In this document: piece by piece, positions 31,260 through 39,927 of the stretch
How positions within the stretch are numbered: position 1 is the stretch's first letter
Layout of the letters: each line of letters opens with the position of its first letter
Assembly (NCBI GenBank): GCA_965221125.1
Contig: CBDCRW010000003.1
Location: 192,001-256,000, forward strand
DNA length: 64,000 nt
Direction of reading: 5' to 3'
DNA from: Alphaproteobacteria bacterium
GTDB taxonomy: Bacteria; Pseudomonadota; Alphaproteobacteria; UBA828
Notes under the pieces: model-generated
Told to the model about the DNA's origin: nothing
Seen by the model: the letters and a program-made list of their open reading frames with translations, nothing else
The model's database searches: none
Position numbers and translations under genes: made by a program

Positions 31260-31597
31260 CCGACGGCCTGAAGGAGCGGCACCGCAAGGCCGTCATCGAC
31301 ATCATCGCGGGCAACGCCAGGGTGGAGCGGGCCGTGCTGTTCGGCTCGCGCGCCGCGGGCACCTTCCGCCCGGCCTCGGACGTGGACGTGGCACTGTTCG
31401 GCGAGCGCCTGTCGGCGCGCGATCAGGCGAGCCTCGCCGCCGCCATCGAGGAACTGACGATCCCGCAGCGTGTCCAACTGCTCCTCTTCGGAGCGGTCGA
31501 GAGCGTCGACCTGCGCAAGCACATCGAGACGCAGGGCGTCGAGTGGTATCGGCGGGGAGACGCGCCTCGCGTCAGGCGAACAGCGCCTGGGCCATGA
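31256..31597 (+). CDS. Minimal nucleotidyltransferase (MNT, HI0073-like)
   Basis: LFGSRA.G..RPASDVDVAL (GS-x10-DxD); ATGA overlap with the HEPN gene. Confidence 0.85.
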   Translation: MTDGLKERHRKAVIDIIAGNARVERAVLFGSRAAGTFRPASDVDVALFGERLSARDQASLAAAIEELTIPQRVQLLLFGAVESVDLRKHIETQGVEWYRRGDAPRVRRTAPGP

Positions 31598-32561
31598 ATT
31601 TTTGCGCGTCGATGTTGGTGCCGCAGACGATGACGGCCGTGCGCTTGCCCCGTAGCCTCCCGGCGAGCGGGCCGAGCAGCGCCGCCGTCGCCGCCGCGCC
31701 TGCCGGCTCCACGGCGAGCTTCATCTCGGCGAAGAGCAGACCCATGGCGCGGCGCATGGCCTCGTCGTCGATCCTGAGCAGCTCGTCCACGTAGCGCCGG
31801 CAGAGCCCGAATGAGTAAGGCAGGGCGAAGGGCGCGCCGAGGCTGTCGGCGATGGTCCTCACCCGCTCGATCGGCTGGGGCGCGCCGGCGGCGAAGCTCC
31901 GGTGCATGGTATCGGCGCCTTCCGGCTCCACGCCGTAGACCCGGCAATCCGGCTGGAGGGTCTTGATCGCGCAGGAGACGCCGGCGCAGAGCCCGCCGCC
32001 GCCGATGGGGACGATCACCGCATCCAGCGCCGGCACCTGGCGCGCGAGTTCCAGTCCCACCGTCGCCGTGCCGCAGGCGATGGTCCGCCCCTCGAAGGGA
32101 TGGATCATCGTCCGCCCCTCCTCGCCCTCGATGGCGCGCACGGTCTCGAAGGCCGCGTGCACGTCCGGCACCAGGACCAGCGCCGCGCCGTAGCGGCGCA
32201 CCTGGGCGACGCGGAAGGGGTCCGCGCCTTCCATCATCACCACCTTGGCGGTGGTGCCGACGCTGTGCGCGGCGAAGGCCACCGCGATGGCGTGGTTGCC
32301 CGCACTCACCGCCGTGACGCCCCTGGCGCGGGCCGCATCGTCGAGAGCCATGGCGCTCAGCAGCGCGCCCCGCGCCTTGAAGGTGCCGGTGCGCTGGAAC
32401 AGCTCCAGCTTGAGGAAGACGTCGCTCTCCCGCCCGAGCGCGTCCGAGACCGCCGCCGCGCGCCAGCGGTGCACCGGGGTCGCGTCGATCAGATCGCCGA
32501 GGCTCGCCCGTGCCGCCTCCATCGCCGCGAGATCGGGCGGGGACGCGTCGTCCTGTGTCAC
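31572..32561 (-). CDS. PLP-dependent threonine/serine dehydratase family protein
   Basis: KLELFQRTGTFKARGA, SAGNHA, PIGGGGL and EPAGAA. Confidence 0.88.
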   Translation of the reverse strand: MTQDDASPPDLAAMEAARASLGDLIDATPVHRWRAAAVSDALGRESDVFLKLELFQRTGTFKARGALLSAMALDDAARARGVTAVSAGNHAIAVAFAAHSVGTTAKVVMMEGADPFRVAQVRRYGAALVLVPDVHAAFETVRAIEGEEGRTMIHPFEGRTIACGTATVGLELARQVPALDAVIVPIGGGGLCAGVSCAIKTLQPDCRVYGVEPEGADTMHRSFAAGAPQPIERVRTIADSLGAPFALPYSFGLCRRYVDELLRIDDEAMRRAMGLLFAEMKLAVEPAGAAATAALLGPLAGRLRGKRTAVIVCGTNIDAQKFMAQALFA

Positions 32562-32567
32562 CCGCCC

Positions 32568-33359
32568 CTACTCCCCGGAAAAGCGCGGCGCGCGCTTCTC
32601 GATGAACGCCGTCACGGCCTCGCGGTGATCGGCGGTGCCGCCGAGCACGCCGTAGGTCGCCGACGCCCGGTCGAGCCCGGCGCGCAGGTCGCCGCCGGCG
32701 CCGTCCCGCACCAGCCGCTTGATGGCGCGGATGGCGAGCGTCGGGCCGTCCGCGAGGCGCCGCGCCAGCGCCATGGTCTGCGGCATCAGGTCGTCGTCGG
32801 CCACGACGCGGTTGACGAGGCCGATGCGCTCGGCCTCCGCCGCGTCTATGGCGTCGCCCGTCCACAGCAGCTCCAGGGCCTTCGCCGTGCCCACCAGTCG
32901 CGGCAGCCAGTGGCCTCCGCCTGCGCCGGGCGCGAGCCCCACCTTGACGTAGGTCTCCGCGAACTTCGCCGAGGCCGCGGCGAAGCGCAGGTCCATGGCG
33001 AGCGCGAGGTCCAGCCCTGCGCCAATGGCCGCCCCGTTGATCGCCGCGATCACCGGCTTGTCCATGTCGGCCAGCGTGAGCGGGATGCGGTGGACGTGCT
33101 CGCCGATGAGCGCCCGCTGCTCGGCGGCGCTGCGCTCCAGCCCGTCGCCCATCAGCTCCTGGATGTCGCCGCCGCTGCAGAACGCCTTGCCCGCTCCGGT
33201 CACCACCACCACGCGCACGTCGTCGCGGTCGCGGCAGTCGGCGAGCGCGGCGGCCCAGGCGTCGATCATGGAGCGGGTGAAGGCGTTGCGCCGCTCCGGC
33301 CGGTTGAGCGTGACGGTCGCGATGCCGTCCGCGACCTCCAGGCGGATCTCGTCGCTCAT
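32568..33359 (-). CDS. Enoyl-CoA hydratase/isomerase
   Basis: LNRPERRNA, AFCSGGD, KPVIAAINGAAIGAG and AFIEKRAP. Confidence 0.9.
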   Translation of the reverse strand: MSDEIRLEVADGIATVTLNRPERRNAFTRSMIDAWAAALADCRDRDDVRVVVVTGAGKAFCSGGDIQELMGDGLERSAAEQRALIGEHVHRIPLTLADMDKPVIAAINGAAIGAGLDLALAMDLRFAAASAKFAETYVKVGLAPGAGGGHWLPRLVGTAKALELLWTGDAIDAAEAERIGLVNRVVADDDLMPQTMALARRLADGPTLAIRAIKRLVRDGAGGDLRAGLDRASATYGVLGGTADHREAVTAFIEKRAPRFSGE

Positions 33360-34435
33360 GCGTTCTCTCCCTCGCTCGCCGCGATGCGGCCGGCATTCAC
33401 CATCGTGGGCCAGAGCGCCGCGCCCCCGCCCTGCGCGACCGCGTTGCCGAGCACCTGCCACCAGTGCGCCTCGTTGCCGTACTCCTCGCGCCAGGCCCAG
33501 AGCCGCGTCGTCCAGATGTGCAGGTCGTGCTCCACCGTGTAGCCGATGGCGCCGTGCACCTGGTGCGCGAGCCGGGCCACCGTGCCCGCCGCCTGGCTCG
33601 CCCGCGCCTTGGCGGCGGCACAGGCGAAGCGCGTGCCCGCCTGCGCTGCGGCGTCGACCGCAGCGCCCGTGGCCGCCGCCTCGCCGCCGATCTCGGCGAG
33701 ATGGTGCTGGATCGCCTGGAACCGCGCGAGCGGCCGGCCGAACTGCTCGCGCTCTCGCGCATAAGCCACGGTCATGGCGAGCACCTGCTCCATCGCACCC
33801 CGCAGCTGGGCCGCGCGGGCCAGCGCCATCAACGTGGCCACATCCAAAGCCGGCGGCAGGGCACCACCCGAGAAGACTGTTCCGACATCAGTGATAGCGT
33901 CGCGCGGCTCGCCCGCCAGATTGGCGCCTTCGATCACGGCGGCCGGGCTAGAGAGAACAAGCCCCCCGCCAGAGCTGGCGGCCACAAAGGCGGAAGCGAA
34001 CCGTGCCCAGGGGACGCGCGGGAGCGCGCCGGCATTGGGGTCTCTGTCTTCATGCACCGTCGTCAGCGGGTCGTCTTCCTGCTTCGTCGCCAGCAGGTCG
34101 TCTTCCTGTATTGTCCCCACCGGGTAGACGGTGAGCGGGCCGGCCGGCGGCTCGACCCCGGCTTCGTGGCAGAGCAGCGCCGCGATCATCGTCTCGGCGA
34201 CCGGAATGGGCGCGGCGTGGCGGCCGGCGGCCCGCATCACGGCAAGCCCGGCGGCGAGGCCAGCGCCGCCCGCGTCTTCCGGCAAGGCCGCCTGCGCGAG
34301 CCCGGTCTCGGCGAAGGTCCGCCACAGGCGCTCCGGCCATGCGCCTTCCGCGAGCGCCTGGCGCGCCGCGCCGCTCTCCGCCGCGAACAGGTCGTCGGCC
34401 GTCCGCTCGATCAGGCGTGCCGTCTCGTCGCTCAT
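33356..34435 (-). CDS. Acyl-CoA dehydrogenase family protein (short partner subunit)
   Basis: REQFGRPLARFQAIQH and HQVHGAIGYT; contains an unusual internal repeat insert. Confidence 0.85.
   Translation of the reverse strand: MSDETARLIERTADDLFAAESGAARQALAEGAWPERLWRTFAETGLAQAALPEDAGGAGLAAGLAVMRAAGRHAAPIPVAETMIAALLCHEAGVEPPAGPLTVYPVGTIQEDDLLATKQEDDPLTTVHEDRDPNAGALPRVPWARFASAFVAASSGGGLVLSSPAAVIEGANLAGEPRDAITDVGTVFSGGALPPALDVATLMALARAAQLRGAMEQVLAMTVAYAREREQFGRPLARFQAIQHHLAEIGGEAAATGAAVDAAAQAGTRFACAAAKARASQAAGTVARLAHQVHGAIGYTVEHDLHIWTTRLWAWREEYGNEAHWWQVLGNAVAQGGGAALWPTMVNAGRIAASEGENA
34034..34114 (-). repeat. In-frame 27-bp x3 degenerate tandem repeat inside the acyl-CoA dehydrogenase
   Basis: Encodes TIQEDDLLA/TKQEDDPLT/TVHEDRDPN. 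Confidence 0.7.
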
Positions 34436-34442
34436 GCGCCCC

Positions 34443-35594
34443 TCACCTGACGCCGAGTCCGCGCGCGATGATCGAGCGCAATATTTCGTTGGTGCCGCCC
34501 CTGAGCGTGAACGACGGCAGCCCCAGCACCGAGGCGCCGAGCGCGGACGCGAGCGAGGGCGCGTTGGCGCTGCCGCCAGCAACGGGCTCGACCGGCACGG
34601 CGCGGCGCAGCGTGTCTGCGGCCTCGAACTCGAAGCGCGTGCCCATGTCCTTCACCATCGCGGCCTCGACGTCGGGGAGCGCGCCCGCCTCAAGCTGGCC
34701 CGCGACAGCGAGCGACATGGCCCGGAGCGCGTAAAGCTCCGCCGCGAGCCGCCCGATATCCCCGGCAATCCCCGGCTCAGGTCCCGCCGCATCGACCAGC
34801 GCCGCGAAGAGATGGAATGTGCTGAGGATGCGCTCCGGCCCACTCCGCTCCAGCGCGAGCTCGCCCGTGACCTGGCGCCAGCCGTCGCCCTCCTCGCCGA
34901 TCAGCCGGTCGGCCGGGATCGTCACGTCCTCGAAGACGCACTCGTTGAAGTCGTGCTTGCCGGCGAGGTTGACGATGGGGTTGACCTGCACGCCGTCGTT
35001 CTCGAGGTCGATGAGGAACTGGCTGAGCCCCTCGTGGCGGCTCTCGCCCGCCGGCCCTGTGCGGCAGAGCGCGATCATGTACTGCGAGCGATGGGCGTTG
35101 CTGGTCCACACCTTGGTGCCGTCGATGCGCCAGCCGTCCGCCGTCCGCTCGGCACGGGTGCGCACCGAGGCAAGGTCGGAGCCGGAGTCGGGCTCGCTCA
35201 TGCCGATGGCGAAGTAGCATTCGCCGGCCGCGATCCGGGGCAGGATGTCGCGGCGCTGCGCCTCGCTGCCGAAGCGCAGCAGCAGCGGGCCGCTCTGCCG
35301 GTCCGCGACCCAGTGGGCGTAGACGGGCGCGCCCGCCGCCAGCAGCTCCTCGATCACGACGTAGCGCTCCAGCGCCGAGCGCTCGTGCCCGCCGTAGCGC
35401 CTGGGCCAGCACATGCCGATCCAGCCGCGCGCGCCGAGCGCCCGGCTGAACGAAGCCGACCAGTCCGAGCCGAAGTCGGAATCGGGCCGCCAGCCCTCGG
35501 CCGTCCGGGATTCGGCAATGAAGGCGCGGACCTCGGCGCGCAGCGCGTCCGTGCCGGGCGGCATCGCCGGCGGCGGGAAGTCGAAACCCGTCAC
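34443..35594 (-). CDS. Acyl-CoA dehydrogenase family protein
   Basis: GMSEPDSGSDLAS, GTKVWTS, IGEEGDGW and LRGGTNEILR; GTG start. Confidence 0.9.
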   Translation of the reverse strand: MTGFDFPPPAMPPGTDALRAEVRAFIAESRTAEGWRPDSDFGSDWSASFSRALGARGWIGMCWPRRYGGHERSALERYVVIEELLAAGAPVYAHWVADRQSGPLLLRFGSEAQRRDILPRIAAGECYFAIGMSEPDSGSDLASVRTRAERTADGWRIDGTKVWTSNAHRSQYMIALCRTGPAGESRHEGLSQFLIDLENDGVQVNPIVNLAGKHDFNECVFEDVTIPADRLIGEEGDGWRQVTGELALERSGPERILSTFHLFAALVDAAGPEPGIAGDIGRLAAELYALRAMSLAVAGQLEAGALPDVEAAMVKDMGTRFEFEAADTLRRAVPVEPVAGGSANAPSLASALGASVLGLPSFTLRGGTNEILRSIIARGLGVR

Positions 35595-35697
35595 GGTGCG
35601 CGGTGCGCAGTAGTGCGCGGGGAGACGCGCGGGGACTTGCGACCGGCCGCAACCGGCGTAAGTGAGATGAATCCGGCCAACTTTTTTTGGCCAATTT

Positions 35698-35757
35698 GCC
35701 GAGACAAGCCGAGACAAGCCGAGATAAGCCGAGACAAGGTGAGACAAGGTGAGATAC
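35698..35757. repeat. Intergenic 10-bp x6 tandem array (GSYGAGAYAA)
   Basis: GCCGAGACAA GCCGAGACAA GCCGAGATAA GCCGAGACAA GGTGAGACAA GGTGAGATAC. Confidence 0.92.
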
Positions 35758-35955
35758 GGCTGCGCGGCCGGAGTCCGCCCTCGATCGCCTCGGAAACGGG
35801 AGCGCGACGGGCAGGCGCCATCCCTCCCTGCATGGAGCAACCGTTCATCTCGATGGCCGCGGCTCGCCGGTTCTTGCCCTGCATGACGGGATCGTGCCGC
35901 GGACGCCCCGCCCCGTGCACCGCACCATGGTCCGGTGCGTCGAATACGGGAACGA

Positions 35956-37008
35956 TCAGCCGCCGAAGGCCGCGCGGTAGCGCGCGAGCTTGGCCTGCCA
36001 CGCCGCGTCCTCCCGGATCGCGCGGTTGACGATGGCCGGCGGCTCCTCGCCCCGCTTCAGCGCCTGGCAGGCCACGACGTCACCCGCGCCGAGGCCGGCG
36101 AAGCACTGGTCGGTCCAGGCCAGCGCGTGGGGCGAGAACACCACGTTGTCGAGCTTGAGGATGGGGTCGGCCGGATCCGGCGGCTCGGGGTCGAGCACGT
36201 CGAGGCCCGCGCCCGCGATCCGCCCCTCCTGCAGCGCGGCCGTCAGCGCCTTCTGGTCCACCGTGCCGCCGCGCGAGGTGTTCACCAGGTAGGCCGTGGG
36301 CTTCATCAGGCCGATGAGGCGGCCGTCCACGATGTGATGGGTCTCGTCGCTTAGCGGGCAGTTGACGGTGAGGATGTCCGCCTCGCGGCAGAGCGTGTCG
36401 AGAGCGACCATCTTCACGCCGAGCTCCGCTGCCACCGCCGCATCGGCGTAGGGGTCGCAGGCGATGAAGTTCATGTCGAAGGGCTTGGCCATGCGGAACA
36501 TCTCGGCCCCGATGTTGCCGATGCCGACCGAGCCCAGCGTCTTGCCGATCAGCCCCACGCCCATGTGCCCGCTCCTCTTGGCGAAGCCGGGCGGGCCCTC
36601 GATGGTGAGCTGGTGCTTGATCAGCAGCTTGCCGGTGACGGCGAGGATCAGCGCGATGATGGCGACGGCCACCGGGCGGCGCACGCCGTCCGGCGTGATG
36701 ACCAGCGCGATGCCGTTCTCCGTACACGCCGGCACGTCCACGCTGTCGTAGCCCACGCCGAAGCGCGCGACCAGGGCGAGGCGGCCGTCGTCCGGCACGC
36801 TGGAGCGCTCGAAGCGCTGGGCCAGCAGGATGAGCGCGTCGTGGCCGGCAAGCTCGGACGCGTCCACCGGCCCGTCGGTGTTCTCCAGGTAGCGCCACTC
36901 GATGTCCGGGTCGTCGTCGAGCGGCGTGCGGTCGAACATGGGGAAGAGGGGCTCGCCCTCCGCGTCGAGAAAGTCCGCGCTCAGCGCGATTCTGAACTTA
37001 TCGGCCAT
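35956..37008 (-). CDS. D-isomer-specific 2-hydroxyacid dehydrogenase
   Basis: RFGVGYDSVD, GIGNIG, NTSRGGTVD, GLDVLDPEP and SPH. Confidence 0.9.
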   Translation of the reverse strand: MADKFRIALSADFLDAEGEPLFPMFDRTPLDDDPDIEWRYLENTDGPVDASELAGHDALILLAQRFERSSVPDDGRLALVARFGVGYDSVDVPACTENGIALVITPDGVRRPVAVAIIALILAVTGKLLIKHQLTIEGPPGFAKRSGHMGVGLIGKTLGSVGIGNIGAEMFRMAKPFDMNFIACDPYADAAVAAELGVKMVALDTLCREADILTVNCPLSDETHHIVDGRLIGLMKPTAYLVNTSRGGTVDQKALTAALQEGRIAGAGLDVLDPEPPDPADPILKLDNVVFSPHALAWTDQCFAGLGAGDVVACQALKRGEEPPAIVNRAIREDAAWQAKLARYRAAFGG

Positions 37009-37035
37009 AACCCGTTGATCTCCCTTATCTCTCTT

Positions 37036-37836
37036 CTATCTCTGGGGCCGCCGCCGGCCCCGCTTGCACTGGGCGCGGAGGCCGTCTGCGCCTTCGCGCA
37101 TGGACTGTTGCAGCAGCCACACATCGCCCGAATAGCAGATGAAGTCGAAGCCCTCCTTGAAGAGCGCAGCCCCGGTCTCGACGTTCGGCACCAGCCGGCC
37201 GAGGGACTTGTTGTGCGTCTTCGCGGCCTGCACGACGCGCGCCACCGCGGCGACGAAGTCCGGATGGTCGAACTGGCCCGCGATACCCATGGAGACCGAG
37301 AGATCGAAGTGGCCGATCCAGAGCACGTCCACGTCGTCGATCGCCGCGATGTCGTCGGCGTTCTCCACCCCCTCGGCGGTCTCGATCAGGGCGACGAAGG
37401 TGCAGCGGTGGTTAGCGTCCCGCAGCTTCTTTCTCACGGGGCCGGGCGCATAGCGGTCGTGCGCGATCTGCAGCGCGACGCCGCGCTCGCCGTCCGGCGC
37501 GTACTTGACGTAGCTCAGCAGCTCGCGCGCGACCTTCGCCGAGCCCACCATCGGCAGCATGATGCCCTCGGCACCCATGTCCATGGCCCGCGCCGCGTGG
37601 TGGTACTCGCGCGACGGCACGCGCACGATCGCCGGCATGTCGCCCGCCTGCATGTAGCGCAGCGTCTGCTTGATCGCCTCGAAGCCGAAGCCGGAATGCT
37701 CCATGTCGAGCAGCACGAACTCGCAGCCGGCGGCCTTCAGGATCTGGCCGATCCCCGGCGTGTTGAACTCCACCACGAAGGTGCCGACCTTGAGCCGGCC
37801 GTGGCGGCTCATCTCCTTGAGGGCGTGTTCTGCCAT
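37036..37836 (-). CDS. HpcH/HpaI class II aldolase family protein
   Basis: LDMEHS, VRVP, GAEGIMLPMV, LIETAEGVEN and WIGHFDLS. Confidence 0.88.
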   Translation of the reverse strand: MAEHALKEMSRHGRLKVGTFVVEFNTPGIGQILKAAGCEFVLLDMEHSGFGFEAIKQTLRYMQAGDMPAIVRVPSREYHHAARAMDMGAEGIMLPMVGSAKVARELLSYVKYAPDGERGVALQIAHDRYAPGPVRKKLRDANHRCTFVALIETAEGVENADDIAAIDDVDVLWIGHFDLSVSMGIAGQFDHPDFVAAVARVVQAAKTHNKSLGRLVPNVETGAALFKEGFDFICYSGDVWLLQQSMREGADGLRAQCKRGRRRPQR

Positions 37837-37878
37837 GTCCTCCAACCTTTTCCTCGATCCGTCGGATTTCTTTGCCCG

Positions 37879-39858
37879 TCAGGCGCCGATCTCGATGCGC
37901 GCGACCGCGAACGGCGCGAGCGATAGGCGATTCGGGTCGCCCGCTTCTCCCCGGCTTGCTGCGAAGCCTGCCGGGTCCGTCACCGCGTCGACGAAGTTGC
38001 TCGAATCCAGCCGGCCGATGGTCGCCGCGCCGCCCGAGAGGCCCGAGAGCGATACCGCCTGCGTCTCCGGCGTGAGGTTGGCGAGCCAGAGCATCGTGCC
38101 GCCGCCCAACTCGTAGGCGAGGCCGAGCACGCGGGTCGCATCCGCGCTCGTCACCGCGCGCACGGCCGCCCCCTTCGCCGCCGCCAGCGCCGAGACGACG
38201 TGGTAGAGCGGCATTACCGCCGGCCCTTCCAGATCGTCGAACCAGGGCTGCGGCTGCCCGGTCCTGCGATAGACCATGCCGAGCGCGCCGGAAGGCTGGC
38301 CGAGCGCCAGCGCCTCGATGCCGAGCGGCGCCACGCGGGCGGCATAGCCGAGGGTGAAGGCGGCGCCGAGCAAGGCACGGTGGCGCGGGTCCTGCCGGTT
38401 GAAGGAGTAGCGCCCGTTGTCGGCGTTCTGGTGGACGTCGGGGCCATACGGGTTGAAGCGCATGCCGATGGCGCTCGGCGCGATACGGTAGGGCTTGCCG
38501 CCGGCCCACGCCTTGGCCGAGGCGACGATGTCGGGCAGCGTCTGCAGCGTCTCCATCACCGAGCGGTCGTCCGGCTCGTGCACGACGGCGCAGGTGGCGT
38601 GCGTGAGGAAGTCGAAGAGCGCGGGCTGGGCGACATTGCGGTTCAGCTCGGTGAAGTTGGTGAAGACGCCGCCGCCCAAGCGCACGCCGGGGAAGGCCGC
38701 CCTGGCCGCGTCATACACCTCGTCGAAGTCGGGGATGCCAAGGGCCGGGATCTTCTCCAGCGTGAACTTCAGCAGCCGCGCCTGCTCGGGCACGATGGCG
38801 GCGGGCCTGAGCCCGGCCTGGGCCGCGATCTCGGCCGCCTCCGCCAGCTCGTCCAGCACCGGCCGCTCGCAGGGCACCGTGATCTCCAGCACCACCTCGG
38901 CGCCCAGGGCCTCGGCGAGCCCCCGGCCGGCGGCCAGCGCGTCGGCTGCGTGCTCGTCGCGCGGGTCGCACTCGCAGACGAGATGCCCCGGCCCCAGCGT
39001 CTTGAGCAGGTCGAGCCCGTGGCCCAGGTGCGCGCGCTCCAGGTTGGCGACACCGAGCCCGATCTCGGGCATGTGCGCCCCGGTCTCGCCGCCGAGCGCG
39101 ATCTCGATGGCCGCATCGCCGCCCGCGCCCACGGAAGCCGGCGCGGCGCTCCCCTCGAAGGTCAGCGTCGCGACCTGGCGCAGCCGCTCGCCCGCGGCCA
39201 GCGGGTAGGGATAGGGCAGCGCCAGCGGGCGGTAATAGGTCTTGTAGGAGGCATCGGTCCAGTTGCGCTGGTCCTCGGTCTCCCACGGATCGGCGCCCTC
39301 GAAGCGGCAGGTGAGCCAGACCCCCGGCGCGACCCGGTGGCGCATGGCGGAAATGTCGAAGAAGGGCTGCAACGGCATGATGAGACCGGGGAAGGCGGTC
39401 TCCTCCACCGTGCCTTCGCTATGGGTGATGCTGCAGGCCTCGCCCGCCACCCCTTCCACCGGGTGCAGCGCGACGAAGCCCGTGCGGCTGGTCCTGAACT
39501 CGGTCTCCGGCTCGAACTCGACCGTGAAGACGAGGCGCCGCTCGTCCTCGGCCACGATGTCGGCGCGGTAGGCGAGCACGCCGTCCGGCGACTCGATGCG
39601 CGCGTCGTAGCCGACGCGAAAGCCGCTTGCGCCCTCCTCGATCTCCAGGTTCGCGATCTCCGGCGCATAGGTCTCCCAGCCCGAGCCGCGCACCACGAAG
39701 GCGAGGCCGCGCAAGGCTTCCGTGCCGCCGAAGCGGATCCAGCGGAGCTTGCCGGCGTCGAGCGAGGCCGTGAGCGCACCTGCGCCGAGAGGCCGCGCCG
39801 CCGGCGCCTCCTGCTCCGTGCCGTAAAGCTTGAGCGCCTCGGATGGTGCCGTCGTCAT
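37879..39858 (-). CDS. D-apionate lactonase (ApnL)-like protein
   Basis: LYGT...AGALTA.L..G.LRWIR...EALR..AFVVR, ETEDQRNWTDASYKTY.RPLALP and GGG.F..FTELNR resemble ApnL as I recall it. Confidence 0.65.
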   Translation of the reverse strand: MTTAPSEALKLYGTEQEAPAARPLGAGALTASLDAGKLRWIRFGGTEALRGLAFVVRGSGWETYAPEIANLEIEEGASGFRVGYDARIESPDGVLAYRADIVAEDERRLVFTVEFEPETEFRTSRTGFVALHPVEGVAGEACSITHSEGTVEETAFPGLIMPLQPFFDISAMRHRVAPGVWLTCRFEGADPWETEDQRNWTDASYKTYYRPLALPYPYPLAAGERLRQVATLTFEGSAAPASVGAGGDAAIEIALGGETGAHMPEIGLGVANLERAHLGHGLDLLKTLGPGHLVCECDPRDEHAADALAAGRGLAEALGAEVVLEITVPCERPVLDELAEAAEIAAQAGLRPAAIVPEQARLLKFTLEKIPALGIPDFDEVYDAARAAFPGVRLGGGVFTNFTELNRNVAQPALFDFLTHATCAVVHEPDDRSVMETLQTLPDIVASAKAWAGGKPYRIAPSAIGMRFNPYGPDVHQNADNGRYSFNRQDPRHRALLGAAFTLGYAARVAPLGIEALALGQPSGALGMVYRRTGQPQPWFDDLEGPAVMPLYHVVSALAAAKGAAVRAVTSADATRVLGLAYELGGGTMLWLANLTPETQAVSLSGLSGGAATIGRLDSSNFVDAVTDPAGFAASRGEAGDPNRLSLAPFAVARIEIGA

Positions 39859-39927
39859 CTCGCCTCCCCTGCCCCCGGCTTCGTGCCGCCCGTTATAGCA
39901 GGGCGCGCGGCCGGCAGCACCGGGCGC

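Noticed and set aside
35698-35757. Tandem array as a CRISPR or mini-CRISPR
   Set aside because: Units are 10 bp, contiguous and spacer-free, and no cas genes are present.
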